NCBI GenBank assembly: GCA_037138335.1
Contig: JBAXIO010000002.1
Location: forward strand, 142,315 to 206,314
DNA: 64,000 bases
Source of the DNA: Bacteroidota bacterium
GTDB lineage: Bacteria > Bacteroidota > Bacteroidia > Bacteroidales > FEN-979
Direction of reading: 5' to 3'
Shown one piece after another: positions 51,747 to 59,823 of the stretch (its first letter is position 1; every line of letters begins with the position of its first letter). The notes beneath the pieces were generated by a model. That model worked only from the letters and a program-made list of their open reading frames with translations. It was not told where the DNA came from and searched no databases. The position numbers and the translations under genes are program-made.

Positions 51747-52833
51747 GCAGGAGAAATATAAAGACCCTTTCAGGGCGACGCTTACAGGCATCATGGACCT
51801 GTTTAAAAAGCAGGTAGCTGTCGGGACCATCAGTGATACCGACAGGCTTGACGGTAAGACCGTGGTTGTTGACGGGGCCAGTTCGGGCCTGGGTTTTGCC
51901 ATTGCTGTTGAAGTTGCCAAACGAGGAGCGAAAACTATCATGGCCTGCAGGAGCGGAATTCCGGCAAAAGGGGAGGAGGTCAAAAAACTCAGCGGGAACC
52001 AGGATGTTCACATGCTGAAGGTTGATTTCTCGGATGCCGTAAGCATTGAAAAGCTCGTGTCGGAATTAAAAGAGAAATTCTCACCTATAGATATCCTGAT
52101 CTGCAATGCAGGTGTGGTACCGAACAAAGCAAGGAAAACGCCCCAGGGGTTTGAAGAGATGTTCATGGTGAATTATTTCTCTAAGTTCCTTTACGTTACA
52201 GCCCTGATCGAAAACGGAAGCTTCGGCAGGATCGGATTTGAGGCCAGGGCGGTAAGGCCCAAGGCCGGTGATGCGCCCACAACCGTTATATCAAAGAACA
52301 CTGATAAGGAAGCCCTCCCTGCCAACCCGGGCATAGTTTCAGAAAATAAGGGAGCAGCCATTCCGAGGATCATTTTCGTTTCCTCCGAATCACACAGGAA
52401 CCCGGCAGCCATAAAATGGGATGATTTCGGGAAGTTCTCACCTTACGGTATCAAGCAGTCAATGGAGCATTACGGCCAGAATAAACTCCTGCTGACAACT
52501 TTTGCCGTGGAATTGTCAAGAAGGCTCAACACAAATGGCCATACTGCAGCTTCGGTGTTTGCCCTATGCCCAGGTCCTGTCAATTCAAACATCGCCAGGG
52601 AAACGCCAAAAGTGTTCCAGCCACTGCTGAAAGTGGTCTTCAGGTTATTTTTCAAGTCGCCCAAAGATGCTGCAGCCCCGGTTATTTATTTTTCCGTATC
52701 AAAGGATGTGGAAGGGAAAGCTTTTAATTACCTTTTTCTTATGAATCGCAAAGACGTGGATTCCAAAGCAATGGATCTGGCCAACGGATTAAAATTATGG
52801 GAAATGTCATCCGCCTTCAGGAAAAATTTGTAA
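51733..52833 (+). CDS. SDR-family oxidoreductase with an internal ~45-aa insertion
   Basis: 'VVVDGASSGLGFAIA', 'ICNAG', 'FVSSESH', 'YGQNKLL' (YxxxK). The start overlaps the sulfotransferase stop by 14 nt. Confidence 0.8.
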   Translation: MEENKQEKYKDPFRATLTGIMDLFKKQVAVGTISDTDRLDGKTVVVDGASSGLGFAIAVEVAKRGAKTIMACRSGIPAKGEEVKKLSGNQDVHMLKVDFSDAVSIEKLVSELKEKFSPIDILICNAGVVPNKARKTPQGFEEMFMVNYFSKFLYVTALIENGSFGRIGFEARAVRPKAGDAPTTVISKNTDKEALPANPGIVSENKGAAIPRIIFVSSESHRNPAAIKWDDFGKFSPYGIKQSMEHYGQNKLLLTTFAVELSRRLNTNGHTAASVFALCPGPVNSNIARETPKVFQPLLKVVFRLFFKSPKDAAAPVIYFSVSKDVEGKAFNYLFLMNRKDVDSKAMDLANGLKLWEMSSAFRKNL

Positions 52834-52895
52834 TTTTGTACTTTAATTAAAATTTGAACGTTTATTAAATGTTAAATCATAAAACAGAACAATCG

Positions 52896-53150
52896 ATGAA
52901 AAAAGTAACATTATTTGTTGGAATGATTGCCATGGCAGCATTCTTATCAACCTCAGTTTTAGCTCAGGATAAAACCCAGGATAAAACCAAGGAAGCCAAG
53001 CCTGCAACAACCCAGGCAGCTCCTGCAAAGACCGATGCAAAAGCTCCTGCTTCAAAGGAAGCCTGCAAGCCCGGTTGCACAATGCATAAAGAAGGAAGCA
53101 AATGCTGCGATAAAGACAAGAAAACAACAGCTACTCCTGAAAAGAAGTAA
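52896..53150 (+). CDS. Small secreted Lys/Ala/Thr-rich protein with a C-x3-C-x8-CC cluster
   Basis: The ATG at 52896 gives the signal peptide 'MKKVTLFVGMIAMAAFLSTSVLA'. The mature protein (~61 aa) contains 'CKPGCTMHKEGSKCC'. A strong terminator follows. Confidence 0.5.
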   Translation: MKKVTLFVGMIAMAAFLSTSVLAQDKTQDKTKEAKPATTQAAPAKTDAKAPASKEACKPGCTMHKEGSKCCDKDKKTTATPEKK

Positions 53151-53174
53151 GGTGTCATACCTTTTAATAAAAAA

Positions 53175-53202
53175 GCCCCGTCAATTCAGCGGGGCTTTTT
53201 TT
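53175..53202. terminator. Bidirectional intrinsic terminator
   Basis: 'AAAAAA-GCCCCG-TCAATTCAG-CGGGGC-TTTTTTT' between convergent genes (stops at 53150 and 53219). Confidence 0.72.
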
Positions 53203-53218
53203 ATGGTTTGACCGGGGC

Positions 53219-53956
53219 TTATTTCTTCAAACCGGCGTCTTCCAGGATGAGTTCATAGAAGTACCCTGCGCCAAAATCCTTGTCTAGAGTTACTTTTCCT
53301 TCAAAGATTACTGTTTCCCCTACTTTTACCATGTCCTGGGTGGTAATTGTAAGATCGAAGTTCTCGCCTTCCTTGCTGCCGTCCTGGAGATGAACCCAGT
53401 TCTTGTCCATGATGCCTGGTGAAAATTTCACAACCTCTCCCCTGATCTTTACGGTTTTCCCTTCAAAGTTCTTGCGCCCTTTATATAGTTCTGCAATTGT
53501 TACTCCCCCGGCAAGCTTTGGAACAGAGATCCCTTTATGTTCAACCGCGGGCATTTTACCTGCTGAGGCTGCCTGGTGCATCTGGCCCATCTGCTGGTCG
53601 GCCGGCGCCTGGTTGGCAGCAAGGATGGGTTCTGATGAGAAATCCTGGATAAAAAATATGCTGCGGAAAGTCCGTTTAAGTTCTTTGCTTGTAAACTCCT
53701 GCATTTCAGATCCCTGGGACCAATAATAAGTGTCACCCGCTTTAATATCCATTTTTGCAACGGCAACCCAGTAGTCCCTTCCTTCGGCTGAAACCCTTGC
53801 ATAGGTGTATGCGCTGGTTTGTATGACTTCTTCGGCTTTAACCTGGTGGGCATTGGGTGCAAGACCAGCCGTTTTTTTATCGCTCCCGTTCTGGCACGAA
53901 AGCAGGAGTGAAGAGATTAATGCTACCAGAAAGAGGCTTCTATAGTGGATTTTCAT
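53219..53956 (-). CDS. Hypothetical lipoprotein with two OB-fold-like halves
   Basis: 245 aa. Lipobox 'LISSLLLSCQNG'. The C-terminal half, 'GKTVKIRGEVVKF...NWVHLQDGS...FDLTITT...VGETVIFEGKVTLDKDFG', resembles BOF/YgiW-type OB folds. The N-terminal half has a similar pattern. Confidence 0.5.
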   Translation of the reverse strand: MKIHYRSLFLVALISSLLLSCQNGSDKKTAGLAPNAHQVKAEEVIQTSAYTYARVSAEGRDYWVAVAKMDIKAGDTYYWSQGSEMQEFTSKELKRTFRSIFFIQDFSSEPILAANQAPADQQMGQMHQAASAGKMPAVEHKGISVPKLAGGVTIAELYKGRKNFEGKTVKIRGEVVKFSPGIMDKNWVHLQDGSKEGENFDLTITTQDMVKVGETVIFEGKVTLDKDFGAGYFYELILEDAGLKK

Positions 53957-53963
53957 ATCTTTG
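53956..53963 (+). promoter_or_regulatory. Candidate -7 promoter element (TATCTTTG) upstream of the cytochrome locus
   Basis: Exact TAnnTTTG match 62 nt upstream of the ATG at 54025. The same 'ATATCTTTGTAT' string recurs at 63871. No clear -33 element. Confidence 0.28.
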
Positions 53964-54024
53964 TATATTGATATTTATGTGCGCAAAGCTATGAATTTCC
54001 TTTGGTTTAAAAAATCTCCGCCAC

Positions 54025-54891
54025 ATGTCGTACATTCATAAAGCATACATTTTTGCTCTGAGTGTTGTTGTTCTTCTCACACTGGGTTTCCTTTTTTATC
54101 ATGGGTATACATATTACAGGCTCCCAATAGAGGAAAGGTTTTTTCACCAGGGCCACGCCCTGTTGAAGCCGGGTGGAAATTGGGGGCATGGATTCGGCAT
54201 TATTGGTTCCCTTTGCATGATATTTGGCATTGTTCTTTATATGATCAGGAAAAGAAGCAGGTTCCTGGCCCGGTTTGGGCTATTAAAGTATTGGCTGGAG
54301 TTTCATATATTTCTCTGCACCCTTGGGCCTGTATTAGTTCTGTTTCATACTTCATTTAAATTCGGGGGGCTTGTTGCAGTCAGCTTTTGGAGCATGGTCG
54401 CAGTTTTCCTGAGCGGAGTCGTGGGCCGGTTTATATATATTCAGATTCCAAGGACAATAGAAGGGCGTGAATTGAGTTTAAATGAAGTAAGGGATATGAA
54501 AAGTAATATCGGAACGATCTTATCCGAATCCTATAATCTCGACGAAGAAAGCTACAACCTTATAATTGACTCAACCAAAAAGAAAGTTGAATTATACCAG
54601 AGCAACCTATTCTTAAAATTTACAAGGAAGTATTTCGATGACCGTAAGACTATCAGCAGGGTGAAAGCTGCTGTGAAGAAGAATAATCTTTCGCGGGCCG
54701 ACAGGAAAGAAGTTGTGAACCTTGTAAAGCATGATATAACCTTGAACAGACGTATTGACAGGCTGGTTACGATGCAGAACCTTTTTAAATACTGGCACGT
54801 CGCACACCTGCCATTTGCAATTGTGATGCTTATCATCATGGTAATTCATGTAAGCGTGACTATAGTGCTTGGTTACCGCTGGATCTTTTAA
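54025..54891 (+). CDS. Five-helix membrane protein with histidines in or near the helices and a ~100-aa charged cytoplasmic loop
   Basis: 288 aa. Helices carry 'WGHGFGIIG', 'LEFHIFLCT', 'VLFHTSF', 'YWHVAHLPF', 'MVIHVS'. Possible heme-b or ferric-reductase-like role, but this is inference only. Confidence 0.6.
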   Translation: MSYIHKAYIFALSVVVLLTLGFLFYHGYTYYRLPIEERFFHQGHALLKPGGNWGHGFGIIGSLCMIFGIVLYMIRKRSRFLARFGLLKYWLEFHIFLCTLGPVLVLFHTSFKFGGLVAVSFWSMVAVFLSGVVGRFIYIQIPRTIEGRELSLNEVRDMKSNIGTILSESYNLDEESYNLIIDSTKKKVELYQSNLFLKFTRKYFDDRKTISRVKAAVKKNNLSRADRKEVVNLVKHDITLNRRIDRLVTMQNLFKYWHVAHLPFAIVMLIIMVIHVSVTIVLGYRWIF

Positions 54892-54900
54892 GTTTTAAGA

Positions 54901-56238
54901 ATGGAAACCCTTTTCGAAAACATCCTGATCTACTCTGTTGTATTTATTTTTTGCCTTGCGGTAGTAATTCTCTATCTGCGCAGGCAAAAGAGGAATTCCA
55001 ATCTTGTAGAGGAAAAGATATTAAAAGCCAAGCAGGATGGCTTGTATGAACCGGTATCACTGCATCCTGTCGTTGACCCGAATACCTGCATTCAAACCGG
55101 TGCATGCATCTCTGCATGTCCCGAGAAAGATATCCTGGGCATAAGGGACGGGAAGGCAACCACGATCAATGCATCGCACTGCATAGGGCATGGGGCCTGT
55201 TTCCATGCCTGTCCCACCCAGGCAATTTCCTTATGCATTGGTACTGAAAAACGAGGGGTTGAACTGCCTCATGTAAATTATAATTTTGAGACAAATATCC
55301 AGGGGATATATATTGCAGGTGAACTTGGTGGAATGGGCCTTATCAAGAATGCTGTCGAACAGGGCAGGCAGGCCGTTGAAAATATTGTCAAGGCTGGCAG
55401 GAAGCATCATAATGCCTCTTATGACCTGATCGTTGTTGGCGCTGGCCCTGCAGGCATTTCGGCCTCCCTGAATGCAAAAAAGCATAACCTTAACTGCCTT
55501 ATGCTAGAACAGGAGACCCTTGGCGGAACTGTCTTCAATTTTCCCAGAGCGAAAATCGTCATGACTTCACCTATGGACTTGCCGCTTCACGGCAAGCTGA
55601 AACTATATGAGACCAGCAAATCTGAACTCCTGGAGTTATGGAATACCGTTATTCAGAAGAATGATATCAGCATCAAGGAAAATTCAAAAGTCGAATCGAT
55701 TGTTCAGGAAAACGGGAATTTCAGGGTTGAGACCCTGAATGGTGAAAAATACACCTCGCGTTTCGTTTTGCTTGCAATAGGCAGGAGGGGAACTCCCAGG
55801 AAACTGAACATTCCCGGTGAGGGACTGGAGAAAGTTGCCTACCGTATGCTTGAACCCGAGATTATCAGCGGAAAAGAAATTATTGTAGTGGGTGGGGGGG
55901 ACTCGGCCATAGAGTCGGCTTTGCTTCTTGCTCCCCAAAACAAAGTTATTCTTTCATACAGGGGGGATGCCTTTAGCCGTCTCAAACCGCAAAACAAAGA
56001 GAATTTAGATGAGGCTGTTGAAAAGGGACTGGTTGATGTAAGGCTGAATACTAACCTTGAATCCATTGAACCGGATGAAATAACCCTGGTATCCGGAGGA
56101 GCAGGAGAGGAAAAGACCAGATTGAGAAATGACCTGGTTTATATTTTTGCCGGCGGTGAGCTTCCAACGGAGTTTTTAAAAAAAGTAGGATTGCAGATAA
56201 CTAAAAAATTCGGGGAGGCAGTACTGAAGCATCGATAG
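54901..56238 (+). CDS. Membrane-anchored 2x[4Fe-4S] ferredoxin domain fused to an FAD/NAD(P)-binding thioredoxin-reductase/YpdA-like oxidoreductase
   Basis: 445 aa. N-terminal TM helix. 'CIQTGACISACP' and 'CIGHGACFHACP' cluster motifs. Rossmann motifs 'DLIVVGAGPAGISASL' and 'IIVVGGGDSAIESAL'. Confidence 0.82.
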   Translation: METLFENILIYSVVFIFCLAVVILYLRRQKRNSNLVEEKILKAKQDGLYEPVSLHPVVDPNTCIQTGACISACPEKDILGIRDGKATTINASHCIGHGACFHACPTQAISLCIGTEKRGVELPHVNYNFETNIQGIYIAGELGGMGLIKNAVEQGRQAVENIVKAGRKHHNASYDLIVVGAGPAGISASLNAKKHNLNCLMLEQETLGGTVFNFPRAKIVMTSPMDLPLHGKLKLYETSKSELLELWNTVIQKNDISIKENSKVESIVQENGNFRVETLNGEKYTSRFVLLAIGRRGTPRKLNIPGEGLEKVAYRMLEPEIISGKEIIVVGGGDSAIESALLLAPQNKVILSYRGDAFSRLKPQNKENLDEAVEKGLVDVRLNTNLESIEPDEITLVSGGAGEEKTRLRNDLVYIFAGGELPTEFLKKVGLQITKKFGEAVLKHR

Positions 56239-56289
56239 ATTGCCAGGTAATCAGCCACTTCCGGATTCAATATATATACCATCACTACT

Positions 56290-57879
56290 ATGCGGAGAAT
56301 ATTTTTATTAAATATTTTCTTGTGGGTACTCTTGCCATCCCTCCCCTTGATCGCACAGATCTCACCCGGGAAACTGGCTTCGGTTCATTCTCACCTGGAA
56401 GGCATCTCCAACTGCACCAATTGCCATACCTTGGGCGACAAGGTCACCAATGACAAATGTCTTTCCTGCCATACCGAGCTTAAAGCCCGCCTTGACCTTC
56501 ACAAAGGGTATCATGCCTCTTTCGAGGTAAAAGGCAAAAACTGCACTTCCTGCCATAGTGATCATCATGGCCTGGCATTTCAGATCATTCGTTTTGACAA
56601 GGAGAAATTCAATCATACTCTTACCGGCTACCCTTTATCAGGAGCCCATGCAAAGAAAGTTTGCAAAGATTGCCATAAGCCTGACTTTATCAGTAACAGC
56701 AAGATAAAAAGCAAAAAATTCACTTACCTTGGCCTGAATACCAACTGTTTGCCCTGCCATAAGGATTATCATCAAAAAACATTGACGGCTCCATGCCAGA
56801 GTTGCCATGGAGATGCCTCCTTTAAACCGGCCACTAATTTCAATCATGCTTCGACTAAATTCTCACTCCAGGGAATGCACCAGACTGTTCCCTGCATCAA
56901 ATGCCACCCGGTCACTGTTACCAATAATGTTAATTTCCAGAAGTTTGCTGGGGTGCAATTTAAGCAGTGTTCCAGTTGTCATCCCGATCCGCATCATGGC
57001 CAGTTCGGAGTGAATTGCATGTCGTGCCATTCCGAAACTTCCTTCCATACGGTAAAAGGGATAAGCAACTTTGACCACGCTAAAACAAGGTACCCCCTTG
57101 AGAATAAGCATCAGGCAGTCGCCTGCAAATCCTGCCATAAGAATAATATCACCGACCCTGTTAAACACGAACGCTGCATCGACTGCCATACCGATTACCA
57201 TTACGGACAGCTCGCAAAGCAAGGGGTTGTGCCCGATTGTTCGGGTTGTCACACGACCAAAGGTTTCACAGGGGCTTCATTTACAATTGAGCAGCATAAT
57301 ACTGCGAATTTCAAGTTGCAGGGTGCCCATCTTGCAACCCCGTGTTTCGCCTGCCATAAAAAAAAGGAAAAATGGAGTTTCAGGCAGATCGGGATGCTTT
57401 GTGCCGATTGCCATAAGGACGTTCACGCAGGCTATATCAATAAAAAATACTATCCCGGAAATAATTGTGAAATCTGTCATAACCCTTCACTTTGGGGCAG
57501 TGTAAGCTTTGACCATTCACAAACACAGTTTGCAATTACAGGATCTCATGCAACTATCAGCTGCCGCGCCTGTCATTTTAAGAAGGATAGTACAGGAACT
57601 GAACACCAGCAATTTGCCGATATGCAGACCAACTGTTCGGGCTGCCATAAGGATAATCACAACCGGCAGTTTGAAACGAACGGAATAACTGATTGTTTGC
57701 GCTGTCATAATGCCAGTCTCTGGAAGATTGCAAATTTTGATCATAATAAAACGGCATTTAAACTTGACGGGAAGCACCAGAGTGTTCCCTGCGCCAAATG
57801 CCATAAAACGGTAACGGAACAGAATATTGCTTATGTACTTTATAAAATAAAGGATACAAGATGCGAAAGTTGTCATTAA
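56290..57879 (+). CDS. Periplasmic multiheme c-type cytochrome, 20 CXXCH motifs
   Basis: 529 aa with a Sec signal peptide and no lipobox. I counted 20 CXXCH motifs. Six 'F(D/N)H...(F/Y).L.G.H....C..CH' c3/c7-like units. The protein ends exactly on 'CESCH'. Confidence 0.92.
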   Translation: MRRIFLLNIFLWVLLPSLPLIAQISPGKLASVHSHLEGISNCTNCHTLGDKVTNDKCLSCHTELKARLDLHKGYHASFEVKGKNCTSCHSDHHGLAFQIIRFDKEKFNHTLTGYPLSGAHAKKVCKDCHKPDFISNSKIKSKKFTYLGLNTNCLPCHKDYHQKTLTAPCQSCHGDASFKPATNFNHASTKFSLQGMHQTVPCIKCHPVTVTNNVNFQKFAGVQFKQCSSCHPDPHHGQFGVNCMSCHSETSFHTVKGISNFDHAKTRYPLENKHQAVACKSCHKNNITDPVKHERCIDCHTDYHYGQLAKQGVVPDCSGCHTTKGFTGASFTIEQHNTANFKLQGAHLATPCFACHKKKEKWSFRQIGMLCADCHKDVHAGYINKKYYPGNNCEICHNPSLWGSVSFDHSQTQFAITGSHATISCRACHFKKDSTGTEHQQFADMQTNCSGCHKDNHNRQFETNGITDCLRCHNASLWKIANFDHNKTAFKLDGKHQSVPCAKCHKTVTEQNIAYVLYKIKDTRCESCH

Positions 57880-59816
57880 TCCTCCTGCTCGTGCAATTAT
57901 TTCCGCTGATGGCGTTCAGGTTGATGGCCGATTCACCACACGGCAAGGATTTTAAGCTAAGCTGTGATCTTTGTCATAGTTCAAAAGGGTGGAGTTTCGA
58001 TAAATCAATATACGCTTTCGATCATAATAGAACCGCTATGCCCCTTAACGGCCAGCACCAGGTGATCAGCTGCAGGCAATGCCATAAAAGTCTAGTTTTC
58101 TCTGAAGCTAAAACAGCCTGCGTGGATTGCCATACCGATATGCATAATCAGACTGTAGGGCCCGAATGCGGAAGGTGCCATACATCATCTTCCTGGATCG
58201 TAGAGAACATAACTGAGATGCACCAGAAAAGCAGGTTCCCACTTATTGGCCCGCATTACACTCCCGACTGTTCACGCTGCCATCCTTCGGCCTCCATGCT
58301 CAGGTTTGAGCCCCAGGGCGTAGAATGTTACGACTGCCATTCGAAAGATTATCTTGCCGCCACAAAGCCCAATCATGTCCAGGGCGGGTATTCAAAGAAT
58401 TGCGTGGAATGCCATTCAATTTTTAATAACACATGGAATACGACCAATGTAAATCACGATTTTTTCCCGCTTAAAAACGGGCACGCCATCAGTGATTGCG
58501 GGCAATGCCATGCAAATGGCAATTATTCCAACCTGTCAAAAGAATGTGTTTCCTGCCACCAGTCAAATTACAATGCAACTTCCAACCCGAATCATACCAC
58601 TGCCGGTTTCCCTGTGACGTGCAGCGATTGCCATACCAACATGCCTGGATGGAAACCTGCAACATTTACATCGCATGATGCCCAATTTTTCCCGGTTTAT
58701 TCCGGAAAACATGCAGGGACCTGGAATGCCTGTTCGGAATGTCATACGACCCCGGGCAGCCTTAAAACTTTCAGTTGCATCGATTGCCATGCTCATAACC
58801 AGGCCGATATGGACAGCAAACATAACGCAGTAGGAGGGTATTCCTATGCAAGCCTGCCTTGTTATGAATGCCATCCAACAGGAAGTGTTTCAGGAGCTTT
58901 TAATCATAATAACGGCGGCTTCCCTCTGACCGGGGCTCATATTACAACCCCATGCCTGCAATGTCATGCCAGTGGGTTCCAGGGTACACCAACAGACTGC
59001 TTTGCCTGCCACCAGGCAAGTTATAATACAACTATAAATCCGAACCACCCGGCAAAGAACATTCCGAATACCTGCGCTACCTGCCATTCCACAGCCCCCG
59101 GGTGGAAACCAGCAACATTTGCTATACACGGCAATTATTATCCGTTAACGGGAGCTCATACCACCGTGGCCTGCGCCACCTGCCATAACGGCAATTACAA
59201 CACTACACCGAATACCTGCGCCGGATGCCATCAGGCTAATTACAACGCAACCACAAATCCGAATCACGCAAGCCTGGGTATCCCAAATAACTGCAATAAC
59301 TGCCATACAACCAATCCCGGCTGGAAACCTGCTACTTTCGCGATTCACAATAATTATTATGTGCTGCAGGGCGCCCACACAACACTCTCATGTACAGCCT
59401 GCCATACCGGTAATTATACCAGTGCGCCGACCACCTGCGTAGGATGCCATCTTGCAAATTATAACCAGACTACCAATCCGAACCATACAGCAGCCCAGTT
59501 TCCTACCGACTGCGCTTCATGTCATTCACAAACTGCATGGACCCCTGCTTCGTTCAACCATGACGGGTCATATTTCCCTATTTATTCAGGGAAACACAAG
59601 AATAAATGGAACCTGTGTTCCGACTGCCACCCGAATCCCAGCAGTTTCCAGGTATTCACCTGCACTACGTCCTGTCATCCGCAGTCTTCAATGGATAATC
59701 ATCACCAGGGTGTTTCAGGGTATTCATACAACAGCCCAGCCTGTTACAGTTGCCATCCTACCGGCAATAGTGGAAAAATGTTCCAGAGACAGGATAACTT
59801 TTTGAGAAAGGAATAA
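57861..59816 (+). CDS. Periplasmic or outer-membrane-associated multiheme c-type cytochrome, 24 CXXCH + 1 CX3CH
   Basis: 651 aa with a signal peptide and no lipobox. Heme motifs counted by eye. Recurrent 'C..CH.(A/S)NYN.T.NPNH' blocks. The start overlaps the upstream cytochrome gene by 19 nt. Confidence 0.92.
   Translation: MRKLSLILLLVQLFPLMAFRLMADSPHGKDFKLSCDLCHSSKGWSFDKSIYAFDHNRTAMPLNGQHQVISCRQCHKSLVFSEAKTACVDCHTDMHNQTVGPECGRCHTSSSWIVENITEMHQKSRFPLIGPHYTPDCSRCHPSASMLRFEPQGVECYDCHSKDYLAATKPNHVQGGYSKNCVECHSIFNNTWNTTNVNHDFFPLKNGHAISDCGQCHANGNYSNLSKECVSCHQSNYNATSNPNHTTAGFPVTCSDCHTNMPGWKPATFTSHDAQFFPVYSGKHAGTWNACSECHTTPGSLKTFSCIDCHAHNQADMDSKHNAVGGYSYASLPCYECHPTGSVSGAFNHNNGGFPLTGAHITTPCLQCHASGFQGTPTDCFACHQASYNTTINPNHPAKNIPNTCATCHSTAPGWKPATFAIHGNYYPLTGAHTTVACATCHNGNYNTTPNTCAGCHQANYNATTNPNHASLGIPNNCNNCHTTNPGWKPATFAIHNNYYVLQGAHTTLSCTACHTGNYTSAPTTCVGCHLANYNQTTNPNHTAAQFPTDCASCHSQTAWTPASFNHDGSYFPIYSGKHKNKWNLCSDCHPNPSSFQVFTCTTSCHPQSSMDNHHQGVSGYSYNSPACYSCHPTGNSGKMFQRQDNFLRKE
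58999..59655 (+). repeat. Three in-frame tandem 73-aa (219-nt) triheme modules
   Basis: Module starts at 58999, 59218 and 59437: 'C.(A/G)CH.ANYN.T.NPNH....(I/F)P..C..CH...(P)GW.PA.F..H...Y.(L).G.H.....C..CH'. A more diverged copy starts at 58546. Confidence 0.8.
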
Positions 59817-59823
59817 ACGCCGG

